From the sequence record LT598654.1: a DNA stretch of 64,000 nt; one strand, 5' to 3'. Within the stretch, counting starts at the first letter, position 1; every line of letters starts with the position of its first letter. Both the position numbers and the translations under genes were made by a program. The notes under the pieces are model-generated. The model did no database searches. It was not told the DNA's origin and saw only the letters and a program-made list of their open reading frames with translations. Positions 1 to 8,894 of this stretch are shown one piece after another.

Positions 1-124
1 TCTCTTTACCCTTACCTGCGTCTTTTAACTCAATTGGTTTCTTGAACGCGCTAATGTCAAACGAAGAACTTTGGAAACTGTTTTCTTCATTAACAATTAA
101 CTGCTCTGCAATGTTCATTTTCAT
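1..124 (-). CDS. Hypothetical protein, 5' part only (runs off the window start)
   Basis: ATG at 122-124, 9 nt after the stop of the previous gene, preceded by GGAAACACT. Open frame MKMNIAEQLIVNEENSFQSSSFDISAFKKPIELKDAGKGKE continues to position 1. Not in the ORF track. Confidence 0.7.
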   Translation of the reverse strand, partial: MKMNIAEQLIVNEENSFQSSSFDISAFKKPIELKDAGKGKE

Positions 125-133
125 AGTGTTTCC

Positions 134-781
134 TTAACACGCAAGATAGTTATCAATGTCGGTGCCTTCGATAAACCAAACTCCATCTTCTTTGATTTCA
201 TGGGAGCGTGATTTACCTGCAATAAAGCTTGCGTCAATAGAGTACAGCTTAGACAAACCGGGAATAAAGTTCTCTTGCAGGATAGTAGTTGCAACAGCGA
301 GGTCTTCAAACATATAAATGTCAGACGTAGCAGATTCAGCAAACGTACCTGTTAAGTCAACAAGGTATCCGCCTACGAATTTACGCTGAGGGAAAGTATC
401 AATGTAGACTCGCAGGTTACGAACAAAGGTACTAATCTTCTTGGTACTGTCTACCTCAAACTTTTCCAATGCACGGTCTAAAGAGTCCAGGCAGATAGTG
501 ATGTTCTGCAATGCAGCCTGGTCATAGCGAGAAATATAACCTGACACGGCATCCATACAGTGGCTAAGTTCACTGACTAATTCGTCGTAGCTAACCTGGT
601 CAAGAAGGTCTACACCACGCTTCTCATTACCGTCTTCGTCTTTAATCGCGCTATCACGCATAGCTTTTGTATAAGCATAGAAAGTAGCGAACGTTCTGAG
701 CGCACCTGAAAGGTAATAACAAGAGGCAAACTTCTTGTGGGGAAACGCACTCTCGGCGGCTAAAGTTAATTGGACTTTCAT
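134..781 (-). CDS. Hypothetical protein (215 aa)
   Basis: Long ORF tightly packed in the minus-strand operon; no recognisable motif. Confidence 0.75.
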   Translation of the reverse strand: MKVQLTLAAESAFPHKKFASCYYLSGALRTFATFYAYTKAMRDSAIKDEDGNEKRGVDLLDQVSYDELVSELSHCMDAVSGYISRYDQAALQNITICLDSLDRALEKFEVDSTKKISTFVRNLRVYIDTFPQRKFVGGYLVDLTGTFAESATSDIYMFEDLAVATTILQENFIPGLSKLYSIDASFIAGKSRSHEIKEDGVWFIEGTDIDNYLAC

Positions 782-790
782 AAAGAACCC

Positions 791-1114
791 TTAGAGTTTA
801 AAATAGTCAACAATGGTCTGTAGAACAGAAACAAGAGCTTTTTTAGACTTAGTGTTACTAACAGAGGATATTCGAACACGATTTCCTTTGCCTGTTAGAA
901 TAACAATATTCCCTGAATCAATGTTTCTTCCTACTCTGAGTTCTTTACCTTTTAGTAGAACTTCAACACCTACATACTTAGAAGTATTAGACGGGTTAGG
1001 GTGATCGAATTCAGATAGTGTAGTAGGTACGTCAACACCTAATGCAACTAAATTGGCAGCCAAGTCTTTTAAAAACAGGTTACCGTTGCCAGTGGACTTT
1101 AAATTCACCTTCAT
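791..1114 (-). CDS. Hypothetical protein (107 aa)
   Basis: Overlaps the upstream stop by 4 nt (coupled); no motif recognised. Confidence 0.7.
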   Translation of the reverse strand: MKVNLKSTGNGNLFLKDLAANLVALGVDVPTTLSEFDHPNPSNTSKYVGVEVLLKGKELRVGRNIDSGNIVILTGKGNRVRISSVSNTKSKKALVSVLQTIVDYFKL

Positions 1115-2562
1115 AACATTTCCTTAACTAGTGAATGCCTAATCCAGGTACGACATTCATCAAAAGTTTGTCGAATAGGATTTAATAAAACAACTTGGTT
1201 TGAATTAACAACGGTATAGGGCTGTGAACTATCACGACCAGACCTGTAAGCACTTTCGTTGAAGCCTTCAAATAATTTGATAACCCAACTACGACGCGAC
1301 TTACCGTTACCGTTAATCTTTGGATCAGATTCAACCTGACCGATCTGTCTACCAGAAAACATTACATCGTAGCGAGTACGGTCTGCATGTGCAGTTCGCT
1401 TTTGTGCAGGACAGACTTTAAAACTGATTCGAGGAATAGCACCTGATTCAGACTCCAACATATCCAATTCACCTGGAATGTCAATCTCGTCCTCTTCATC
1501 ATCCTCCAGTTCAGAGTCAATGTCTTCTTGGCTAGGCTTGTACCCTTCTTCAATCATTTCATACCTTGACTGTAAGAGGGCTACTTTCTCACTCAGACTG
1601 TTAATATCGATCTGTTTGAACCAATCCAAGTAACGTTGGATAAAGGTATCTAAGGTATCGAGTACTTTGGGGTCTTCGTCTTCGAATTCCTCGTCTTCCT
1701 CAGGTTCCTCTTCCTCAGCACTCAAGCTTCGTAACCTAACGTCAACCATTGAGTCGAACCATTGCGTTATGTCAGATAGCCATTGGTTTTCTTCTGTGTC
1801 TTTTCTGACACTAGAGTTAGATTCCATTTGAGGCTGGTCTGCACCCACTACGTCTTTGAGTTCTTTGTAATTGGTAGGCCCCATAAATATACTAAGAAGT
1901 ACGTGACCTACTGTTTTACCTGTTGAAGCGTATCGCTGTCTACCTAAAAGGTTTTCAGTGATAGAGTCAAGAATCTTGGTTGCTTTACGTGCTCCTGCTT
2001 TTTCTTCCTCAGAAGCAGATTTCATTTTGAAACCACCTTCCAAGAACTTCTTAGCAAAGCCTCTTATCTGCTTTCCGCCTCTAGGTGATAGTTTAGACTT
2101 AACTGCTTTGACAATCTTGTCTTTCTTTTCACGAATAGCACGGAAGTTGTCTTTGACTTCTTCTTGGATAATTGGAGTGAGGTCAGTCGCCCTGCGTTTT
2201 TCTTCGCGGTCAATAACGGCTTCTGTAGCACGTAACTCGCGGCTTTTAGACACAGGTTTTTCTTTTTCAGGACGTTTTGGCGGCGGGGTGGCTTTCTGCT
2301 TAGGTTCTGTCTTGCGCGTAGACTTACGAGTAGACTTAGGCTTGCTAGCAGATTTACCTTTAGTAGGCTTCTTTGATTTGGGTTTAACTGTAGGAGAATC
2401 TACCTTCAGCTTACCCGAACGGACAGCGTTTGCATACTTGGATTTTGGATGCTTTTTAATGTATGCTTCGCGTCGTGCTTTTGAGGCACGTTTCCACCAG
2501 TCAGCCTCTTGATTACTGAGACTGACCAGTTCCTGAGAAACGTTTATATTAATTAGACTCAT
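1111..2562 (-). CDS. Hypothetical protein with Lys/Arg-rich N-half and acidic central tract (483 aa)
   Basis: N-terminal WWKRASKARREAYIKKHPKSKYA and KPKSKKPTKGK low-complexity region; central EEEEPEEDEEFEDED and ELEDDEEDEIDI tracts. Confidence 0.8.
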   Translation of the reverse strand: MSLININVSQELVSLSNQEADWWKRASKARREAYIKKHPKSKYANAVRSGKLKVDSPTVKPKSKKPTKGKSASKPKSTRKSTRKTEPKQKATPPPKRPEKEKPVSKSRELRATEAVIDREEKRRATDLTPIIQEEVKDNFRAIREKKDKIVKAVKSKLSPRGGKQIRGFAKKFLEGGFKMKSASEEEKAGARKATKILDSITENLLGRQRYASTGKTVGHVLLSIFMGPTNYKELKDVVGADQPQMESNSSVRKDTEENQWLSDITQWFDSMVDVRLRSLSAEEEEPEEDEEFEDEDPKVLDTLDTFIQRYLDWFKQIDINSLSEKVALLQSRYEMIEEGYKPSQEDIDSELEDDEEDEIDIPGELDMLESESGAIPRISFKVCPAQKRTAHADRTRYDVMFSGRQIGQVESDPKINGNGKSRRSWVIKLFEGFNESAYRSGRDSSQPYTVVNSNQVVLLNPIRQTFDECRTWIRHSLVKEML

Positions 2563-2572
2563 ACACTAACCG

Positions 2573-3730
2573 TTAAGTATCGTGATTCACCTGCTCGGCT
2601 AACCACAGTAAGTTATTCTTAACTCTCTGGCTTGTGTCATCGTCCAACAATTTGTTGAATTCTTGATAAAGGATTCCGTAATAGCTTAATGCCTGTTGGT
2701 AATTTCCAAGCTCAGAGAAACTATGTGCAGCAATATCGTATAACTGCCACGCAATTTCGTTTTGCTTATTATAAATTACATTTTGATAAGGATTTGTGCT
2801 ATCTGATAGAGACTTTATTGCTACTTGCGTCCAGTGTATCGAAGCTAAATAGTCCTGTTTTCCGTGATAATAGTAACTAAGTGCTAGCAATACTTCGGCA
2901 TGATTAGGAATAATAGATAAAGCTTTATACAAGGTTTGAAGGTAGTCATTACCTAGTGCAATACTCGCCTCAACCTCTAATAGATAAGCATCTATCAACC
3001 CAGCAGGTGTAACTTGGTGCTTACACATACCGATGTTGCCTAATAGAGAAGCAACTGTCTTCCAATCTTCCTGGTAAGCGTACTCCCGTGCCAAGTAATG
3101 AAGTGCGCGTAAATCATAAGGACGTTTCTTATAATCGTTCAGCAAAAGAGGTAGATAGTTACGCTCTTTATTTCGATTAGGGAAATGCCTTACGTTAATA
3201 CCTGAAAAGACAGTTTCACAGGATGCGCGAGTACCTGTCTGTACCAGTATTTCATGGCAGTCATATTGCCATTGGTGTGTACCGACCGTATGTATTTTAG
3301 ATTGCAGGTACTCCATTGTAGGAACACCGTTACGCTCACTAAATATCATGTTGGTCTTGAACACAAACGGACAACCTCTTTGGTGAAGTTGGTTATCGAT
3401 AACAATCTTCATCAGCTTGCTATACCAACCGTCTTCTAAGCGTTCATCCAAATCCAACCAGATAACAAGGTCACCTTCAGATAACTCTTTGGACGCATAC
3501 TCTAAAGCCATGTTACGCGCTGAGCTAAAACTAAAAGGTCTGAACTCAGCGGTAATGACTTGAATAAAATCGTGTGCTTGCTCCAGGTCTCGGGCGAGGT
3601 CAACAGTGTTATCTTCCGAACCTGTATCTAAAAGGACAAGCTTATCAACGTGTCCCTTGAATTGATCAACGAAAGCAAATATGTTATCAGCTTCGTTTTT
3701 CATTATTGCGTAGGCGGCGATTTTAAACAT
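2573..3730 (-). CDS. Glycosyltransferase family 2 with C-terminal TPR-like repeats
   Basis: GT-A signatures AIMKNEA, LLDTGSEDNT, FSFSSARN, WLDLDE (DxD) and HEIL, followed by helical repeats such as RALHYLAREY, AEVLLALSYYY and AAHSFSELGNYQQALSYY. Confidence 0.9.
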   Translation of the reverse strand: MFKIAAYAIMKNEADNIFAFVDQFKGHVDKLVLLDTGSEDNTVDLARDLEQAHDFIQVITAEFRPFSFSSARNMALEYASKELSEGDLVIWLDLDERLEDGWYSKLMKIVIDNQLHQRGCPFVFKTNMIFSERNGVPTMEYLQSKIHTVGTHQWQYDCHEILVQTGTRASCETVFSGINVRHFPNRNKERNYLPLLLNDYKKRPYDLRALHYLAREYAYQEDWKTVASLLGNIGMCKHQVTPAGLIDAYLLEVEASIALGNDYLQTLYKALSIIPNHAEVLLALSYYYHGKQDYLASIHWTQVAIKSLSDSTNPYQNVIYNKQNEIAWQLYDIAAHSFSELGNYQQALSYYGILYQEFNKLLDDDTSQRVKNNLLWLAEQVNHDT

Positions 3731-3733
3731 GAA

Positions 3734-4657
3734 TTAAAGAACCTTAAGGTTTCCGCTAGACCACCATTTATCTGTGAAGTCTAGGGTTATTTCTCGGGTT
3801 ATTGTTCTGTACACCGAGTAGTCTAATCCTACTTTCGCATTGTAATAAACAGGCTTACCGTTAGAGTAAGAACCTGTCCAACGTCTTTCTGTTTTATGGG
3901 TGAAGTAAAGACGGAGTACTACAATGATAGTGTACGGCTTCTTGGTAGGTCGGTAGGGAATCTCTGTTCCGTCTATAAGACCGACAATACCGTCATCAGA
4001 TCTAGCTTCAAAGTTATCCAACGTTTTAGCAGAGAACTCAACATCCGGGTAATTACCGGTTAACGCATTGCTATCATAACGTGTCTGCTGAATAAGACGA
4101 TTAGCTGTTTTAACATACGTCTTACCATTGGATATGTACGTTGATTTAAAATCTTTATAATACCAGTAATAGTTCTGGAATAAAGGATTAGTTAAACCTG
4201 GATTAGTAAACTCTGTATCGACGTTGTAGTTACCATCCTGACGAAGTTCAAGGTTAGTAAACTTAAACGAGTAGGTCTGTGTAACGGAAACATCAACCTT
4301 CGCTATTAAGCTACGCTGTGTTCCGTTTGATAGCTGGTAAGTAAAACAGTCAGGACCTTCATAGCCTGTCTGACCGGTATATACAAGCTTAGGACCTACT
4401 GGATCAATACTTAGAGTTCCGTGGCGCGGTTGCTCTACAATAATGATGTTCATGCGCCAACCACGTTGAACATCGATACGGGATAAAACTTCGGGGTCTG
4501 GACTTTCGTAAGTCTCAGCATCCTTAGCACCTTGAATACCCCATTCCGTCAAGTCAACTATAAAAGGCTCGTCGGCTATTGCATCTATGGTGAAGTCGGG
4601 TGCATAAGGAATATAGTTACGCCAGTAATCAAGCGAAATTAAGTTTCCGTAATACAT
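3734..4657 (-). CDS. Ig-like (Big_9/cadherin-like) domain protein, probably virion-associated
   Basis: IVEQPRHGTLSIDPVGPKLVYTGQTGYEGPDCFTYQLSNG matches the P.HG.l...YtP..gy.G.DsFtY pattern of bacterial Ig-like repeats. Confidence 0.7.
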   Translation of the reverse strand: MYYGNLISLDYWRNYIPYAPDFTIDAIADEPFIVDLTEWGIQGAKDAETYESPDPEVLSRIDVQRGWRMNIIIVEQPRHGTLSIDPVGPKLVYTGQTGYEGPDCFTYQLSNGTQRSLIAKVDVSVTQTYSFKFTNLELRQDGNYNVDTEFTNPGLTNPLFQNYYWYYKDFKSTYISNGKTYVKTANRLIQQTRYDSNALTGNYPDVEFSAKTLDNFEARSDDGIVGLIDGTEIPYRPTKKPYTIIVVLRLYFTHKTERRWTGSYSNGKPVYYNAKVGLDYSVYRTITREITLDFTDKWWSSGNLKVL

Positions 4658-4895
4658 CCTTAAACCCTTCTGTGTTGACTACTTTAGGCATCGCTTCAAG
4701 TACAAGACCCGCAGATTTGCTAGATGATATATTCATCATGCGTTTGAATATACCAGTAACGTAAGGATAGAACTGGTCGTGGTCTTCTTCAAACTTTTCG
4801 GACGCTAGGTTCTTGGCTTTTTCCCAAGCGTGTTCCAAAGCTTCTATTCGACGGTTATGCGTTTCGCTTACTTTATTCAAGTACACATTAGACAT
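4629..4895 (-). CDS. Small hypothetical protein
   Basis: ORF track starts at 4907. The second Met (MSNVYLNK, ATG 4893-4895) follows GAGG and avoids overlap with the ligase stop. Confidence 0.65.
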   Translation of the reverse strand: MSNVYLNKVSETHNRRIEALEHAWEKAKNLASEKFEEDHDQFYPYVTGIFKRMMNISSSKSAGLVLEAMPKVVNTEGFKDVLRKLNFA

Positions 4896-4903
4896 AAGTA
4901 ACC

Positions 4904-6919
4904 TCACAGTTTATATTGTTTTTTGAATTCAGCAAGAGTTAATACAGGGATGCCTTTGTCTTCGGCTTTATCAACCTTGCTGCTCGTATAGGATTCGTCT
5001 TTAATGATAAGCAAAGTGGTATCTGCTTTCATCGATTGAACCTTACCACCTTCACGTTTAATAATGTCAGAAAGAGAATCGTCACGTACCCCAGTAAAGG
5101 TAATGCGTTCATCTTCGAACATAGAACCTGTAGGCTGTTCTTGATCGGGTAGTTCAAGTTCTACTTCTAGGTTATCTGCAAGTTTAAATACTTTAGGTAA
5201 ACCTGAGGCAAACTCTGTAGCTAGAGACTTAAAGCCCCTTACTGTTTGAACTTGATCAACTATGTGCTGCTTTGATTCGAATTCCCAATCAAAAATAATA
5301 TCACCGAATTCATCAACAATCTTCTGAACTCGGTCTTTACCGAAAGCAGGCATATAACCTGATGCAACGCAGAAGTCTACAAAGCTAGGCTTATCGAGAA
5401 CACGTTGGATTTCCTTACGCAGTCCTTTGACTGTAGTAGAACCAAATGTTTCAATCTTGGCAAGCTGAGACTCTTTCAGATTCATAATCTTTTTAGGAGT
5501 GGTGTAACCCGCGTCGAAAATCTTCTGGAATGTACTCGCTTTAAAACCATCCAGTCCTAAGCTAACAAAGAAATGGGTTAGTCTTTTTACTTTGCGCGTA
5601 TCACTAGAACCAGATACTACAGCGTGAACACCTTTGACTTTGTACTCCATAGGAGGTTCAGCAGGTCTACGAGCAGGTTTAACAACTTCAACTATGTAAG
5701 GTATAACACCACCTGAGCGTACTACCTTAATCTTAGCGCCTTTGTTCAGAGGTCTTACAGGTAAGCCTAGTTTTGCATCAGACTTTTTAAACCCGTTTTG
5801 AATGTAGAACAATGAGTGTGCCAAGAAGTTGCTTACTGTAACACCACCTAAACGAATAGGGTCAATTGAAATAGTAGGAACAATCGTGTTGTTACGTGAT
5901 ACTTCCCAATCTACGGACTTGACGGTAACAATCTCCATCGCAGCTTCGGAGTTTTCTTTAAATGCCCTTGCATGTTTGGCATGGCTACGTTGCGCAGTGT
6001 ACTTAACGTCTTTTGCAACAATGATACCGTCAATCTCATAAGGAGAGTTTTTAATACGTTGATTGTAGACTGCACTCAATGCACCCCCAGGATTCTTTTG
6101 ATCGATACCTGGAAAGCGTTGATACCAAACAACGTGGAACTTCAAACGTTTTAAGAACGCTAACTGTTTAGATATTGGCCCGCCCGCTGTTTTGCCTTCT
6201 TGGATTTCGTAGCACACAATATCAATATCGCGCATGTGCTTTTGATAATCTTTGAAGTCTTTGGACGATGCCATCTTATTAAGTACACCGCCTGCCATAT
6301 TACGTGCAGCTTTGAATTTACCTTTCTTGGTCTTGGTCTTGTCGTGCTTCTTATCGAAAGTGCCTGTAGCAACAATCGTTTCGGCACGTACAATGAATCG
6401 ACTCTTGATAGGAATACGCTTTGGTATTCTCATATACGGAATCCAATGCGATATGTCCTGACCGATAGCACCGTCACCACGGGTTGCTGCCTGTACGGGT
6501 ACGCCGTTTTCATACACCAACTGGAGTGAAATACCATCTAGCTTATCCATAATAGTATAAGCAACACCAGGAACACAGAACTTAGTTAGCTTAGGTGTAC
6601 CTGGTTTAATCTTATCCATGCTAGGCATATAGATTGGAAGTTCAATCTCAATACGACCTTTTTGTACAGGTGCTCCAACTTCTTTCCAAATCTTGTGGCG
6701 AGGTTGTGCTTTCTTGACTATTTCCTCCACTTCATCGTAGTGGGAATCAGGAAGTAGTTCTTTGGAGTTGGTGTAATACTCGCGCAATACTCGAATAACA
6801 TCAATCTGCTTTCTTTTGCTAAAAGAACCGACAATAGCAGGATCTACCAGTAATCTACCGATAGCCTGCTTTATAGGTGCTTCTAATTTTGTTCGATTGA
6901 TACGTAACTTGTAGTTCAT
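4904..6919 (-). CDS. ligA: NAD-dependent DNA ligase
   Basis: Domain Ia YY...DSHYD, adenylation motif MDKLDG, ATRGDG, EIDGIIV, OB-fold VxWxVSR, RSGGVIP, HhH LGLDGF, C-terminal BRCT ITFTG. Confidence 0.97.
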   Translation of the reverse strand: MNYKLRINRTKLEAPIKQAIGRLLVDPAIVGSFSKRKQIDVIRVLREYYTNSKELLPDSHYDEVEEIVKKAQPRHKIWKEVGAPVQKGRIEIELPIYMPSMDKIKPGTPKLTKFCVPGVAYTIMDKLDGISLQLVYENGVPVQAATRGDGAIGQDISHWIPYMRIPKRIPIKSRFIVRAETIVATGTFDKKHDKTKTKKGKFKAARNMAGGVLNKMASSKDFKDYQKHMRDIDIVCYEIQEGKTAGGPISKQLAFLKRLKFHVVWYQRFPGIDQKNPGGALSAVYNQRIKNSPYEIDGIIVAKDVKYTAQRSHAKHARAFKENSEAAMEIVTVKSVDWEVSRNNTIVPTISIDPIRLGGVTVSNFLAHSLFYIQNGFKKSDAKLGLPVRPLNKGAKIKVVRSGGVIPYIVEVVKPARRPAEPPMEYKVKGVHAVVSGSSDTRKVKRLTHFFVSLGLDGFKASTFQKIFDAGYTTPKKIMNLKESQLAKIETFGSTTVKGLRKEIQRVLDKPSFVDFCVASGYMPAFGKDRVQKIVDEFGDIIFDWEFESKQHIVDQVQTVRGFKSLATEFASGLPKVFKLADNLEVELELPDQEQPTGSMFEDERITFTGVRDDSLSDIIKREGGKVQSMKADTTLLIIKDESYTSSKVDKAEDKGIPVLTLAEFKKQYKL

Positions 6920-7098
6920 ATTAAGTTCACTTTGACTACGGTAAAGCCTTCAGGTGCCTGCAGGTTAGGAGTGATTGCAAGCAGTTCGTCAGGTGCTATA
7001 GGACTAACTACGAAATCAAAATCAGAAAACTGGGAAACCTTAACTAGCTTCCCGTCTTCGTACTTCAACGCATCACCAGGTCTAATGTTAATATCCAT
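6916..7098 (-). CDS. Small hypothetical protein (60 aa)
   Basis: Strong SD (AAGGGAG) upstream; overlaps the ligase start by 4 nt. Confidence 0.65.
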   Translation of the reverse strand: MDINIRPGDALKYEDGKLVKVSQFSDFDFVVSPIAPDELLAITPNLQAPEGFTVVKVNLI

Positions 7099-7151
7099 CT
7101 TGCTCTCCCTTATTAGATATTATTAGTTTACATTTAAACTGTTGGAGAAGC

Positions 7152-8894
7152 TTAACTTGTTATCGGCTCAGGGTTCTTGTCGTAACTATCCATTACTGAA
7201 AAGTATTTAGAGAATTCCTTAGGATTTAACTTACGAACAAGCTTAGCCATTTTCTCAATGGTAGATTTACTGCCCGTTTTAACACGAACAGTACGGTACT
7301 CACCATCATCCGCATTAACATCGTATAGCTTGTATACCGTAATAGCATCGTTGTTCTTGAGAGGATAAATATCAAGTATTACCCATTCCCGCTTCTCAGA
7401 TTCATCCTTGTGGAATGTAATAACATTACCTTCCTCAAACGTTTCTTCCTCAGAATCGCTTGATTCATCTTCTCCATCTGATTCGTCTTCATCGACAACA
7501 TCCTCGCCTGAGTCCGAATCCTCGTCTTCCTCTTCATCCGGTTCTTCCGGTTCCGAGTCATCCTCATATTCTTCGTCATCATCATAATCCGCACTATCTA
7601 AAGCAGCATCAATATCTGCCTCTTCGTTTTCTTCTTCCATGGTGAGGTCGTCGTCTTCGTCGTCGTAATCCTCGTCGTCTTCGTCCTCTTCATCGAGGTC
7701 ATCCAAGCCTAAGTTGTCGTCTTCGTCATCCTCATAGATAACTTGACTGGCACGGGCTAGGTCTTTTGCTTTATCCAATTCAGCATCCAGGGCATCGTCA
7801 ATGGCATCCTGGTCAGCATCCACAACGTCAACTTCATCTTCCATGATTTCGTCGTCACCATCATCTACCTCGTTATCCAAAGTATCAATGTCGTCGTCAA
7901 TCTGCAAATCAAAGTCTTCATCGTCAGCCCCCATATCATCAATATCCTTAATGATGGGACTGTCTTCTTTGAGTTGTTCTTTAAGCGCATCAATAGCACC
8001 AATTTGTTTAACATCATCAAAGACTTTAGGTGCGTCTGGAATTTTGTTAAGCGCCTTTTGAGCGGCTTCACGCTTAGCCTCTCGCTCTGCAAGATTCTTC
8101 ATTCGCTCTTTGCGTTTGAGTTCTTCTTTTAGAGCGCGGCTACGTTCACGTTCTTCCGCACGGGCATCAGCATCACGCTGTTTTTGGTTAGCGATTTTAC
8201 GCGCTTGGAATGATTCAATTTCCTCAGCACTCAACTTGCCTTTCAACCAACGATTTAGGGGCAAGACTTCGCTTCGTGCAACCAAGTCATCGTACACAGA
8301 AGTAGGCAGGGGCCAGTACTGACCGTCCTGCATAACTATGAAACCACCTCTAGCCTGTTTATGGAATCGTAATCCAAATTTTTCGTTCTTGGTTAACTCA
8401 AAACCTTTTGAACGAGTTTTGTTATAAACAAACTTAGGGTCAACGAGTTTACGCCATTGGTAGTTTTCAAAATCAACACCGGCAGTCTTCTCGTTGGGAA
8501 CTTTATCTAAAGGCTTAAATCGAGGACTGCTTCGATTCAGTTTTTTAGAACCTGTCGCAACCTTAGCAGCACGTTTACGCCCACCTGATCGTGCATCCTC
8601 AATAGCTGGCATTTTACGCTTCTTGGAAGACTTCTCCATCAAGCTGTTAGCCTGTCTTTCAGATACGGTATAGGCAATATGATAGCTGTCCGGGAAAATC
8701 ACATAGAACTTATCGCCTCTAATTGGACGAATGCCGTAGACTTCACCAGGTGTAACATGATTTGTGTGGTTGCGGGCAGTCAGTTTGACTTTCCGCGAAC
8801 CTTTAAAAGTGTACCAATCGAAAGTATCTAGTTCACTATACTCTACGCGGGCACTTATAGATAATAGATTTAGTTTAAGCATACGGGTATCCAA
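7152..8894 (-). CDS. Protein with basic N-terminal domain and very long Asp/Glu-rich region (580 aa)
   Basis: About 200 residues dominated by D/E (e.g. DDLDEEDEDDEDYDDEDDD) between a K/R-rich N-half and a small beta-rich C-terminal domain. Confidence 0.85.
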   Translation of the reverse strand: MDTRMLKLNLLSISARVEYSELDTFDWYTFKGSRKVKLTARNHTNHVTPGEVYGIRPIRGDKFYVIFPDSYHIAYTVSERQANSLMEKSSKKRKMPAIEDARSGGRKRAAKVATGSKKLNRSSPRFKPLDKVPNEKTAGVDFENYQWRKLVDPKFVYNKTRSKGFELTKNEKFGLRFHKQARGGFIVMQDGQYWPLPTSVYDDLVARSEVLPLNRWLKGKLSAEEIESFQARKIANQKQRDADARAEERERSRALKEELKRKERMKNLAEREAKREAAQKALNKIPDAPKVFDDVKQIGAIDALKEQLKEDSPIIKDIDDMGADDEDFDLQIDDDIDTLDNEVDDGDDEIMEDEVDVVDADQDAIDDALDAELDKAKDLARASQVIYEDDEDDNLGLDDLDEEDEDDEDYDDEDDDLTMEEENEEADIDAALDSADYDDDEEYEDDSEPEEPDEEEDEDSDSGEDVVDEDESDGEDESSDSEEETFEEGNVITFHKDESEKREWVILDIYPLKNNDAITVYKLYDVNADDGEYRTVRVKTGSKSTIEKMAKLVRKLNPKEFSKYFSVMDSYDKNPEPITS

